Positions 55,635 to 64,000 of a DNA stretch of 64,000 nt are shown here, piece after piece. Both the position numbers and the translations under genes were made by a program. This DNA is from Candidatus Nitrospinota bacterium M3_3B_026 (GTDB taxonomy: Bacteria > Nitrospinota_A > UBA7883 > JBPRGF01). The DNA lies in the NCBI GenBank assembly GCA_051418015.1, contig JBPRGF010000017.1, forward strand, positions 224,001 through 288,000, read 5' to 3'. How positions within the stretch are numbered: position 1 is the stretch's first letter; each line of letters starts with the position of its first letter. Under the pieces are notes generated by a model. It searched no databases and was not told where the DNA came from. It saw only the letters and a program-made list of their open reading frames with translations.

Positions 55635-56084
55635 GTGTTCATGACAAAGCCTCCAGTCTCGCGGGCCGGGGCGATCGCCGTTATCGCGATAGCGGCGGCG
55701 ATCCTCTCCGGCTGCTCGGAGGAGATGGGCGCGCCCTCTTTTTTGAGCAAGGGAGGGAGCGGCTCCGGCCAGAAGTTTTTCACACCCCCGGAGGAGGACA
55801 TAGTCGAGGACGAGGCGACGGGACTGAAGATAGCGAAAAACGCCATCAACGTCCATTTCTCGCCCAAGCTCGATGAGGCGTCAATCAAGAAAATCATATC
55901 TTCCATCAACGGGGAGATCGTCGGGTACGACAAATCGGCGAATCTTTACCAATTGCGCTTTCCGGGCAAGAGCCTCGAGGAAGTCGACAAGATACGGATG
56001 AGACTGCTCGCCGAGCATAAAGAGGTCGAAGCGGCCTCGAGGCTTGCCGTCTCGGCGCATAAAAACCCCTATTACGCCAAGTAA
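55635..56084 (+). CDS. Hypothetical lipoprotein
   Basis: Lipobox LSGC; RBS upstream. Confidence 0.7.
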   Translation: MFMTKPPVSRAGAIAVIAIAAAILSGCSEEMGAPSFLSKGGSGSGQKFFTPPEEDIVEDEATGLKIAKNAINVHFSPKLDEASIKKIISSINGEIVGYDKSANLYQLRFPGKSLEEVDKIRMRLLAEHKEVEAASRLAVSAHKNPYYAK

Positions 56085-56086
56085 GG

Positions 56087-56410
56087 TCAGAATATCTCCA
56101 CCTTCCTAAGGGTCATCCCGACCTCGCTGTTGTAAAACTCTATGTAGCCCTTGAGGTCCGGGTCGATCTTGAGCAGGGCTTCCTTGGCCTTTTCGCCCTG
56201 CTGGAAGGTCACGTTCTCTCCGACCTCCACCTTTATGATCGTCTTGCCCCCCTCATCCTTCACTTCGTAAAGCTGCCAGCCGCTGTTCATCTCGCTTAAG
56301 GCCGCGGCGAACTTGTCCGTCCTCTCATCCCCGCTCGTGCAAGCGGCGAAGGCCAGGACGAATCCGGCGGCGGCGAGCATGGCGGCGGTTTTTCTCATCC
56401 AGAAAGTCAT
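56087..56410 (-). CDS. Hypothetical lipoprotein
   Basis: Lipobox FAAC; AGGAGG RBS. Confidence 0.72.
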   Translation of the reverse strand: MTFWMRKTAAMLAAAGFVLAFAACTSGDERTDKFAAALSEMNSGWQLYEVKDEGGKTIIKVEVGENVTFQQGEKAKEALLKIDPDLKGYIEFYNSEVGMTLRKVEIF

Positions 56411-56471
56411 TTGACATCCCCTCCTTTCCAGCCCGGGCCGGCGCTCACTGGAGAGCGGCCCGGACCCTTGT

Positions 56472-56861
56472 TCAATCGTTGTTTACGCTTTTGAGGAAGG
56501 CTATTACATCCCTCCTGTTCTTCTCGTCCTGCATGGACTTGAGCTTCGGCATCTTCTTCTTGTACTTCTCCAGAAGCTCCAGGGCGACGGAGTCGCCGTT
56601 TTTTATCATGGCTTCAGGGTCCTTGAGCCACTGGTCCAGCCACTCGTCGGACCGCCGCGCCGTCACCCCTTTCAGGCTCGGGCCCACTTTCATCCCTTCC
56701 GTGAGGCGGTGACACGCCTTGCACTTCCTTTTGAACAGCTCCTCACCGGCGCCTATGTCCTGCGCAGGGGAGGAGGCCGCAGGAAGGAGAAAGGACGTCA
56801 TCACCAGCAAAACAGCGCCTAGTCTCATCTGCCTGAACCTCTCCTTTCCCGCGCGTGTCAT
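56472..56861 (-). CDS. Monoheme class I cytochrome c
   Basis: Signal peptide; GEELFKRKCKACH, VGPSL, WLKDP, KKMP. Confidence 0.92.
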   Translation of the reverse strand: MTRAGKERFRQMRLGAVLLVMTSFLLPAASSPAQDIGAGEELFKRKCKACHRLTEGMKVGPSLKGVTARRSDEWLDQWLKDPEAMIKNGDSVALELLEKYKKKMPKLKSMQDEKNRRDVIAFLKSVNND

Positions 56862-57511
56862 TTTTCGAGAAACACCGTTTTAAGGCCTATGCCCATGCTG
56901 CTCCAGACTATCTTTCCCTTGCGCACGCCGGGCAGGTGTTTCTTCACTATCTCCTTGGCCTTCCGGCTTTCGTCCATGCCTATCCTCGGGGTGAACGAGC
57001 CGCCGGTCGCCTCCTTGACGTCGATCTGTACCTCCAGACTGCCATCGGGGTTGACGTCGAAGGATCTGATCCTCCAAGCGCCATCCCCAAGCTCGGTGAT
57101 CTCCTCCTTGGTCTCCTCGACGGCCTCCGGGTCCAGCGACTGTTTCTTCCTTCGCTCGATGAGCTTGCCGAGGTTCTGCTCGACGGCGGCGTACAGGCGC
57201 CCGTCGCCGGTCTCTTCCTCGTACATCCTGCTGATAATCAGCGCGATGTTGAAAAGAAAGTCCTGCTCGGGCGGGATGGATCTGGAGGACATGGCGTACT
57301 CGACCATGGCCTGAACCTCCGGGGGGAACTCGTCCGTTCTGGTCCTGACAAGCTCCCTCATTCCTTCTTCGTCCTTGTTGTCGTAAGCTTCTATGAAAAG
57401 ATTACCCACGCTGGGCTCACGCCCCTGCGCCAGCGCCTCGGGGGCGAGCGAAGCCATGACCGCCGCCGCCAGCGCCGCCGCCAAAACAATCGATCTGGCG
57501 AATAGACACAT
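56858..57511 (-). CDS. Hypothetical exported protein
   Basis: Signal peptide ending EALA; ATGA coupling to downstream cytochrome c. Confidence 0.7.
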   Translation of the reverse strand: MCLFARSIVLAAALAAAVMASLAPEALAQGREPSVGNLFIEAYDNKDEEGMRELVRTRTDEFPPEVQAMVEYAMSSRSIPPEQDFLFNIALIISRMYEEETGDGRLYAAVEQNLGKLIERRKKQSLDPEAVEETKEEITELGDGAWRIRSFDVNPDGSLEVQIDVKEATGGSFTPRIGMDESRKAKEIVKKHLPGVRKGKIVWSSMGIGLKTVFLEK

Positions 57512-57525
57512 AACGTATCCCTTTA

Positions 57526-58893
57526 CTAAAAATAGGTCTTTAAAATCCGCCTTACACGGCCATCCAGCGTCACGACGTCCTCGCTGGCTCCGGGCTTGGC
57601 ATAGACACGGCCCGCGGGCGTGTCGGCGCCCACGCTGAGAGATATTGGCGTCGGGTTTCCCTCGGGCCACATTAAAAGCCTCATCTCGGGAGGGGCGAGC
57701 CCGTACTCCGAGAGCCCGCCGCCGCTCGAAACCTCGACAAACTCTTCTATTCTCAGGCTCATCAGATCATTCAGGAACTCCTTGACGAGGTTGAAGTCCA
57801 TCTTCTCCCCTTCAAGGCCTCCGCGCCTCCAGTTCTTGTTCGTGTCCCTGACGAGGACGACGGAGCCGGTGGAGTCGTGTATCTCCACGCGCTCCAGCTT
57901 GTTCTGGTCGAAGAAGAAAAGCTCCTTGCTCCGAAGCTCGTTCACGCTCCTTGGCATGGCGTGAACCACATCCTCCTCCAGCACGAATATGTTGTCTCTG
58001 TCGGACATGGAGCAGTAGTAGCCGCGCTTCTCCGGGCTGCGGTCGCCCACGCTGATCTTGAGCGACGGCTCCGAGTCCCCGGACACCCAAAGCAGCAACT
58101 CCAGGGAGGGCTTGTCCAGTCCGTAGCGCCCCAGGTCCTCCTTGCTCTCGGCCTCGAAGGCCTTCACCTCCGTGTTTTTGAACATGCTCAGAAGCTCAAA
58201 GACCTTCATATGGTCGGCCCGGGCCTCGATCGGCTTCTCTATGACCCACCTGCCGGTGTCCGGCAGGGCCACGCGGGCGTTCATGCCGGGCCTGCTTATG
58301 ACCATCTGGTCTATCATCACCGGGTTGATCCTGAGGACGCTTTTATCGCGGAAGAAATAGACGTCCTTGTTCGCCTCCGCCTTGGCGTCGGCCAGAACGC
58401 GGTAGACCGGTTTCTTCCCTTCCAGCATGGCGAAGGCCACGCCCATCGTGGGCGCCCTGTCGCCGAACACCAGGGTGGTAGGGGTGAGGTCCTTGCCCAC
58501 CTTCAGGGTCAGCCGCAGGGTGGGGCGGGCCAGCCCGAACTCAACCAGACGCTCGGGGGAAGGGTTCGGGTCCATCACGTAATCGGCGTCGTTGCGGGAG
58601 GCCGTGACGTGCCCCAGGAACTTCTCCACAACATCGTAGTTAGCCTTGGCCTTGATCGGCTCCACGATCCGCCAGCCGTCCTCCCACCGCTCAAGCTCTA
58701 TCTCGCTTTTCTGTCCGTCCGCCTCTTTTTCGATCTGTATCGCCAGGACGTCCTTTTTCTCAAAAGGCAAAAGCTTTGCGGCCTCTTCCTTTTCCTTCTC
58801 CTCGATCCTGGTCTTCTCGAAATCCAGGTATGTGTAGCCGGCCACCGCCACCAGGGCGATGACCCAGAGGAAAGTGCTCTTAAAATACCTCAT
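57526..58893 (-). CDS. DUF4340-domain membrane-anchored protein
   Basis: N-terminal TM; three repeats with W....P...A, [FY]GL..P; follows GldG-like gene. Confidence 0.82.
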   Translation of the reverse strand: MRYFKSTFLWVIALVAVAGYTYLDFEKTRIEEKEKEEAAKLLPFEKKDVLAIQIEKEADGQKSEIELERWEDGWRIVEPIKAKANYDVVEKFLGHVTASRNDADYVMDPNPSPERLVEFGLARPTLRLTLKVGKDLTPTTLVFGDRAPTMGVAFAMLEGKKPVYRVLADAKAEANKDVYFFRDKSVLRINPVMIDQMVISRPGMNARVALPDTGRWVIEKPIEARADHMKVFELLSMFKNTEVKAFEAESKEDLGRYGLDKPSLELLLWVSGDSEPSLKISVGDRSPEKRGYYCSMSDRDNIFVLEEDVVHAMPRSVNELRSKELFFFDQNKLERVEIHDSTGSVVLVRDTNKNWRRGGLEGEKMDFNLVKEFLNDLMSLRIEEFVEVSSGGGLSEYGLAPPEMRLLMWPEGNPTPISLSVGADTPAGRVYAKPGASEDVVTLDGRVRRILKTYF

Positions 58894-58915
58894 AGCTCCA
58901 TCCCCGGGCCGGAGA

Positions 58916-60484
58916 TCACCTGAACCACTTCCGGCGGCTGTATATCCCGACGCCGGTCATCAAGACCGCCGACGGAACCATCACCACGGGTATCCAGAAG
59001 ATGGCGCGCCCCTGGGAGGCCGTGAGCACCACCGGCGTGACGTTTTCCTTCCTGGCCCGCACGGCGACAAGGTCCGCCTCGTCGGCCAGCCAGCTGACGG
59101 TGTTCAGGAACAGGTCCCCGTTGCCGGCGAGGTTGATATTCGTGTTGTTGGCGAAGTCGGAGTCGCCCACCAGGATCATCTTCCCGTAGCGTTTCCGCTC
59201 CGCGCCATCCTCGTCCTTGACAGGCGGAGCCTCCACGGTGGTCACGGCCATTATGGGGATGGGGCCGCGCTTCTCCCTCTCCTCGTCGTATTCGGCGTTC
59301 CCGGACTCCAGCTGGTCCTTATCCACCTCGGTCCAGCTGTTCGGGCCTGTCTCGGCCAGCTGGTAGCGGCCCTTCTTCTTGTCCTCGTCTATGTAGACGG
59401 AGTTGGCTATGGCGAAATACGTGGCCAGGTTGAACCCTTCCGTCAGCGGGTGCTCCTTGTTGTAGGAGTAGACCACCGGCGTCAGGTAGTTCGCCCCGTA
59501 AACCTGGCTCTGCTGGTCTATGATGACGTCGTCCTGGAGCTTGAACCCGTAGTTTTCAAGCCATGTCTTCAGCGTGGGCGGATGGCCTGGGTCTATCTGG
59601 ACGAGCAGGGCGCCGCCTCTCCTGAAATAGTCGTCCAGCCTCTCCAGCTCCTCCTTCGCCAGCGGGCGCTGGGGGCTGGCCAGAATCACCACCGAGGCGT
59701 CCTCGGGGATCTTGTCGTGGCGCAACAGCAGAAGCTCCTTCACCTCGTACCCCTCGCCGATGACGGCCTCCCGGGCGGCCTGGTAGCCGTGCTTCTGCTG
59801 GGAGGTCAGATCCTTTTCCCCGTGACCCTTGATGAAGTAGATCACCTTCTTCTTGTCCTGCAACAGCTTTATGAGCCCGTTGGTGATCTTCTCCTCTTTC
59901 TCATTGCCCACCTTGACCTGCTCGCCGCCCGACATCAGCAGAATGATCCGATACTCCGACACGCCGTACTTGGAGGCGAGGCCGGGGTTCCTGTCCGGGT
60001 CGATGAAAGTGTAGGAGAAGTTGGGCGACTCGCTGGCGTACTCCTCCAGCAGGTCCTTGGCCCGCTGCCTGAACTGGGCGTGCATGGTACCGGACTCCGA
60101 CCGGTAGAACGCCACCACCTTCACCGGCTTCTCCAGGTTTTTGAGTATCTTCCTCGTCTGCGAGGAGAGGGTGAACCTTCCCGTCTCCGTAAGGTCGATG
60201 CGCTCCTTGTGCGCCTCGCCCAGGGCGCCCATGAAGACCAGCACCCCAAAGAACACGGCCACCATCACGACCATGTTGGCGCCGTAGCGGGCGCTTTTCC
60301 GGACCAGTGTCTTCTTTATCTCGCCGAACTTGGCGTAAAGCAGAAACAGGGCCAGCAGAAGACCGACCCACAACAGGCCGGCGGAGGTGATCGACACGAC
60401 CCCCTCTATGGCGTATACGCTGACGCCGCCCGCTATGAGGACGGCGCTTACCGCTGACAGTATTAGAGCAGGCGCGAGTCTCAT
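58916..60484 (-). CDS. GldG-family ABC transporter auxiliary protein
   Basis: RIDLTETGRFTLSSQT, FIDPD, YFIKGHGE, VGDSDF..N, N..LFLNTVSWL. Confidence 0.9.
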   Translation of the reverse strand: MRLAPALILSAVSAVLIAGGVSVYAIEGVVSITSAGLLWVGLLLALFLLYAKFGEIKKTLVRKSARYGANMVVMVAVFFGVLVFMGALGEAHKERIDLTETGRFTLSSQTRKILKNLEKPVKVVAFYRSESGTMHAQFRQRAKDLLEEYASESPNFSYTFIDPDRNPGLASKYGVSEYRIILLMSGGEQVKVGNEKEEKITNGLIKLLQDKKKVIYFIKGHGEKDLTSQQKHGYQAAREAVIGEGYEVKELLLLRHDKIPEDASVVILASPQRPLAKEELERLDDYFRRGGALLVQIDPGHPPTLKTWLENYGFKLQDDVIIDQQSQVYGANYLTPVVYSYNKEHPLTEGFNLATYFAIANSVYIDEDKKKGRYQLAETGPNSWTEVDKDQLESGNAEYDEEREKRGPIPIMAVTTVEAPPVKDEDGAERKRYGKMILVGDSDFANNTNINLAGNGDLFLNTVSWLADEADLVAVRARKENVTPVVLTASQGRAIFWIPVVMVPSAVLMTGVGIYSRRKWFR

Positions 60485-60490
60485 GCTAGC

Positions 60491-61270
60491 TCATCCCCTC
60501 CACCTTTTGGACTCCAGAGACCTCATGCTCAGGAACATGAAAAACACCGTAAACAACAGGTAGTAAAGCGCGTCGGAGGTGTCCACCACCCCCTTGGCGA
60601 AAGCGTAGAAGTGCGAGTTGAACGACAGGTACTCCAAGACCGCGGCCATCCCCTCCCCCACATATCCTATGGAAAAGCCAAGCATGTAGAAGATAAGAAG
60701 GGCGGCGAAGGAAAGGACGGCCGCCACTATCTGGTTCTCCGTCAGCGAGGACATGAAAACCCCCAGGGAGATGAAAGCCGCCCCCATCAGGAGAAGGCCC
60801 AGGTAGCCGGAGGCTATCACCCCCCACTCCGGGTCACCGAAAAACTCCACCAGGATCACACAGGGCAGGGACAGAAAAAGCATGATGACGAATATACCCA
60901 TGCAGCCCGCGAACTTGCCCAGGATCGCCTCGGCGTCGCGCACGGGGTAGGTGAGCAGAAGCTCCATCGTTCCGGACTTTTTCTCCTCGGAGAAGACGCG
61001 CATGGTAAGCATGGGCAGCATTATCAGCATCACCGTGCTCACCACCCCGAAAAAGGGGCGTATCACGTACTCCGTCACGTTCAGCGCCCCGTACTGGCTG
61101 GCCGCCATGGGGTTCGTCTGCGCCTGGAACGATATGGTGCTGAACGAGGCGAATATGTTGTAAAAGAAGTTGCCCGTGAGGACACAGAATATGGTTATCA
61201 CCACGAAAGCCACGGGAGAGTTGAAATACGACCTGGCTTCCTTGGTCAGAATGAAAAAAAAGTTCCTCAT
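60491..61270 (-). CDS. ABC-2 type permease (GldF-like)
   Basis: KEARSYFNSPVAF, LTMRVFSEEKKSGTMELLLTYPV, SSLTENQIVA. Confidence 0.92.
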   Translation of the reverse strand: MRNFFFILTKEARSYFNSPVAFVVITIFCVLTGNFFYNIFASFSTISFQAQTNPMAASQYGALNVTEYVIRPFFGVVSTVMLIMLPMLTMRVFSEEKKSGTMELLLTYPVRDAEAILGKFAGCMGIFVIMLFLSLPCVILVEFFGDPEWGVIASGYLGLLLMGAAFISLGVFMSSLTENQIVAAVLSFAALLIFYMLGFSIGYVGEGMAAVLEYLSFNSHFYAFAKGVVDTSDALYYLLFTVFFMFLSMRSLESKRWRG

Positions 61271-61273
61271 GCC

Positions 61274-62212
<939 letters not shown>

Positions 62213-62357
62213 CGGGAAATGACTTGCCCCCCCATCTATTTTGTGAAACTGATCACCAATGCCACGTTTTCAGTGTACCAATTCGATCTCATCCCTGGTA
62301 CATCCGAGTTACAGTCGGTAGATACAAGCAAAACCCGTGCGAAAATCGCGGCACGGC

Positions 62358-62395
62358 AAAAAAAATCCCCGGCTCTCGATAAAAGAGCCGGGGAT
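62358..62395 (-). terminator. Rho-independent terminator after cytochrome c gene
   Basis: ATCCCCGGCTCT / AGAGCCGGGGAT stem followed by T-run on the minus strand. Confidence 0.85.
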
Positions 62396-62421
62396 ATGAA
62401 TATCGCTCTGGCTGCGTGGAC

Positions 62422-63525
62422 CTACTTCGTGTCCACGTCCCAGTCACCCGTGGCCAGCGTGCCGGCGTCGGAGGTCTTGTCGATGCTCACACCGACCTTG
62501 GACGAGGAGAGCCTGCCGCCGCCGATGGAGTCGTAGCCACCCCTCAGGCCGCCGCCGCGGCCGGCCATGTAGCCCTCGAGCTCAAGCTCCTCGTTCATGT
62601 CCTGGAACCGCATGTCCTTCTCGGCGTTGGCCGCCGTCACGTCATCCGGATCAAGCGTGTACTTGGGCGTGGCCAGCGTGCGGATGAAGGCCACCGTGTT
62701 CCAGATGTCCTGATCCTGCAGAACGTTGCCCCAGGGAGGCATCGCCGCGGAGAGGTTGCGCGCCTCGCCGCCGCCCTTTATCACCCGGAACAGGTCCAGG
62801 TTGGAGATGTAGTTGGTGTACTTGCCGTTGGTCAGGTTCCGCGGGCGGGGGTCAAGAGTGGCCGCCGTGGGGCCGTCGCCCTTGGCCGTCCAGCCGTGGC
62901 AGTGGATGCAGTAGAACGAGAACCAGTGCGCCCCCTGATCCGGGTCGGCCCCGGGGATGGGGGTCTTGTTGTCGTGCCTCGGGCGGGTCACGCTGTTCCA
63001 CTGGTTTACCCAGTTGTCGTAAGACGCGCCGAGCTTCGTGGCGCTCGGGTCACGGAACCAGACCTCCGTCACGCCGGTGTTGTTGCCCCAGCCGGAGGCG
63101 GTGTTGTTGTACTGACCCGTCCACCGGTTCTCCCGGAACCGCTTCTCCATCAGGTCTTCCAGCGGGCTTTTGATCTTGGCCTTTATTTTAAAGGTCTTTT
63201 CGTTGATCTTGTCAGGGTCGGAGGCGACCTTGCCCACGCCGGTCAGGTAGTCGAACCCTTCCACGCCGTAGGTCGAGTCGCCGGAGCCTTTCTCCTTGAG
63301 CTTGTACTCGAAGCTCTCCACGTTGGCCGCGTCGGCTTCCCGACCGAAAGCCTCACGGTGTTTCATGGCTTCCTCGACGGACAGGTCACCCTCCTTCTTG
63401 GCCGCATCAAGCTCGGCCTTGGACTTCTTCCGCGCCGCCTGAGCGTCCGGCGCCGTCACTATCCCCGACGCCAGAAAACCAAGCGCCAGAGCCCACAGAA
63501 AATACGGCTTTATCAATCCCCTCAT
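62422..63525 (-). CDS. Exported monoheme c-type cytochrome with long N-terminal extension
   Basis: AGGAGG RBS, signal peptide ending AQA; YCIHCHG..AKGDGP, PRNLT, AMPPWG. Confidence 0.88.
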   Translation of the reverse strand: MRGLIKPYFLWALALGFLASGIVTAPDAQAARKKSKAELDAAKKEGDLSVEEAMKHREAFGREADAANVESFEYKLKEKGSGDSTYGVEGFDYLTGVGKVASDPDKINEKTFKIKAKIKSPLEDLMEKRFRENRWTGQYNNTASGWGNNTGVTEVWFRDPSATKLGASYDNWVNQWNSVTRPRHDNKTPIPGADPDQGAHWFSFYCIHCHGWTAKGDGPTAATLDPRPRNLTNGKYTNYISNLDLFRVIKGGGEARNLSAAMPPWGNVLQDQDIWNTVAFIRTLATPKYTLDPDDVTAANAEKDMRFQDMNEELELEGYMAGRGGGLRGGYDSIGGGRLSSSKVGVSIDKTSDAGTLATGDWDVDTK

Positions 63526-63604
63526 CGGTCGCCTCCTAATCTTGAAAACATGTATAACTGTTGATACACAATCTGATAGCCATTGACAGACGCTCATTAC
63601 AAAA

Positions 63605-63620
63605 AGCAACTTGTGTACCT
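63605..63620 (-). promoter_or_regulatory. Possible sigma54 promoter of the cytochrome c gene
   Basis: Minus strand AGGTAC-ACAAG-TTGCT (GG-N10-GC), 80 bp upstream of the start. Confidence 0.45.
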
Positions 63621-64000
63621 CGAAACCTCTGTTTTCAACGGGTTCTGCAGACCCCGGCAAGATGTAACAGAAATGATGCGAAGACGGACGGCTGTAAGGA
63701 CGGTTTCTCAAAGAGAAAATGACGGATCCTCTTCATGCCCGCGATTTGGTGACAATTTTTGTCTGCGGGAGCCGGACCCTAACTTTTAATTTTTTAACGT
63801 CTTTTTGGCGGAGCAGCCTTGCACACAATACCGTCTTTTCACCATTTTGTTTAAACATAACATTCAATCAGAAGAGCCCGGAACGCCGTGTATCAGGGAA
63901 GTGACAGCCTCGCCGGAGAGCTAATACAGGGTGACCGATTCACGGTTCAGGATACAACCATTGAAATACCACTGTTCGTCCACGTTGTAGACGCGGACGC

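Noticed and set aside
62327..62342. TCGCACG-GGTT-TTGCT on the minus strand upstream of the ABC ATPase, resembling a sigma54 promoter
   Set aside because: The near-invariant -24 GG is CG; not called without data

Overview
GC-rich bacterial chromosomal window with no integrase, transposase, CRISPR array or rRNA visible. Gene content is reminiscent of Nitrospinota or deltaproteobacterial-type organisms (inference only). The left half (1-35.5 kb) is mostly housekeeping, signalling and motility: a REC-GAF-GGDEF/histidine kinase pair, a ferredoxin, a UbiB-like kinase, a heme-c/double-hemerythrin chemoreceptor, a Cyc2-like cytochrome-porin, tRNA-Pro(CGG), ispE, FapA-motAB-PilZ, PilB/PilC-like genes, csp, a HEAT-adenylate cyclase, uvrB, fliC/fliD/fliS, hisG, smc and thiL. 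The right half (35.8-63.5 kb) is a mostly co-oriented respiratory region built around a highly divergent, Sec-exported NosZ-like copper protein (beta-propeller plus cupredoxin). Its CuZ and CuA ligands are rearranged (DxHH to DLHN, xHG to VHH, CuA His to Met, CxWxC to CxHxC). No nosD/L/R/B or recognisable nosF/Y gene is present. Instead it is accompanied by a small basic OB-fold-like protein, a lipoprotein, a Rieske-less split cytochrome b/c module, two Vgb-like propellers and two membrane spermidine-synthase-like/TPR fusions. Upstream lie a sigma54/IHF/enhancer-type promoter and a two-component system whose NtrC-like regulator lacks GAFTGA. This non-canonical nos-like cluster is the best candidate for an undescribed system. 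All calls come from reading motifs by eye; no database searches were run.
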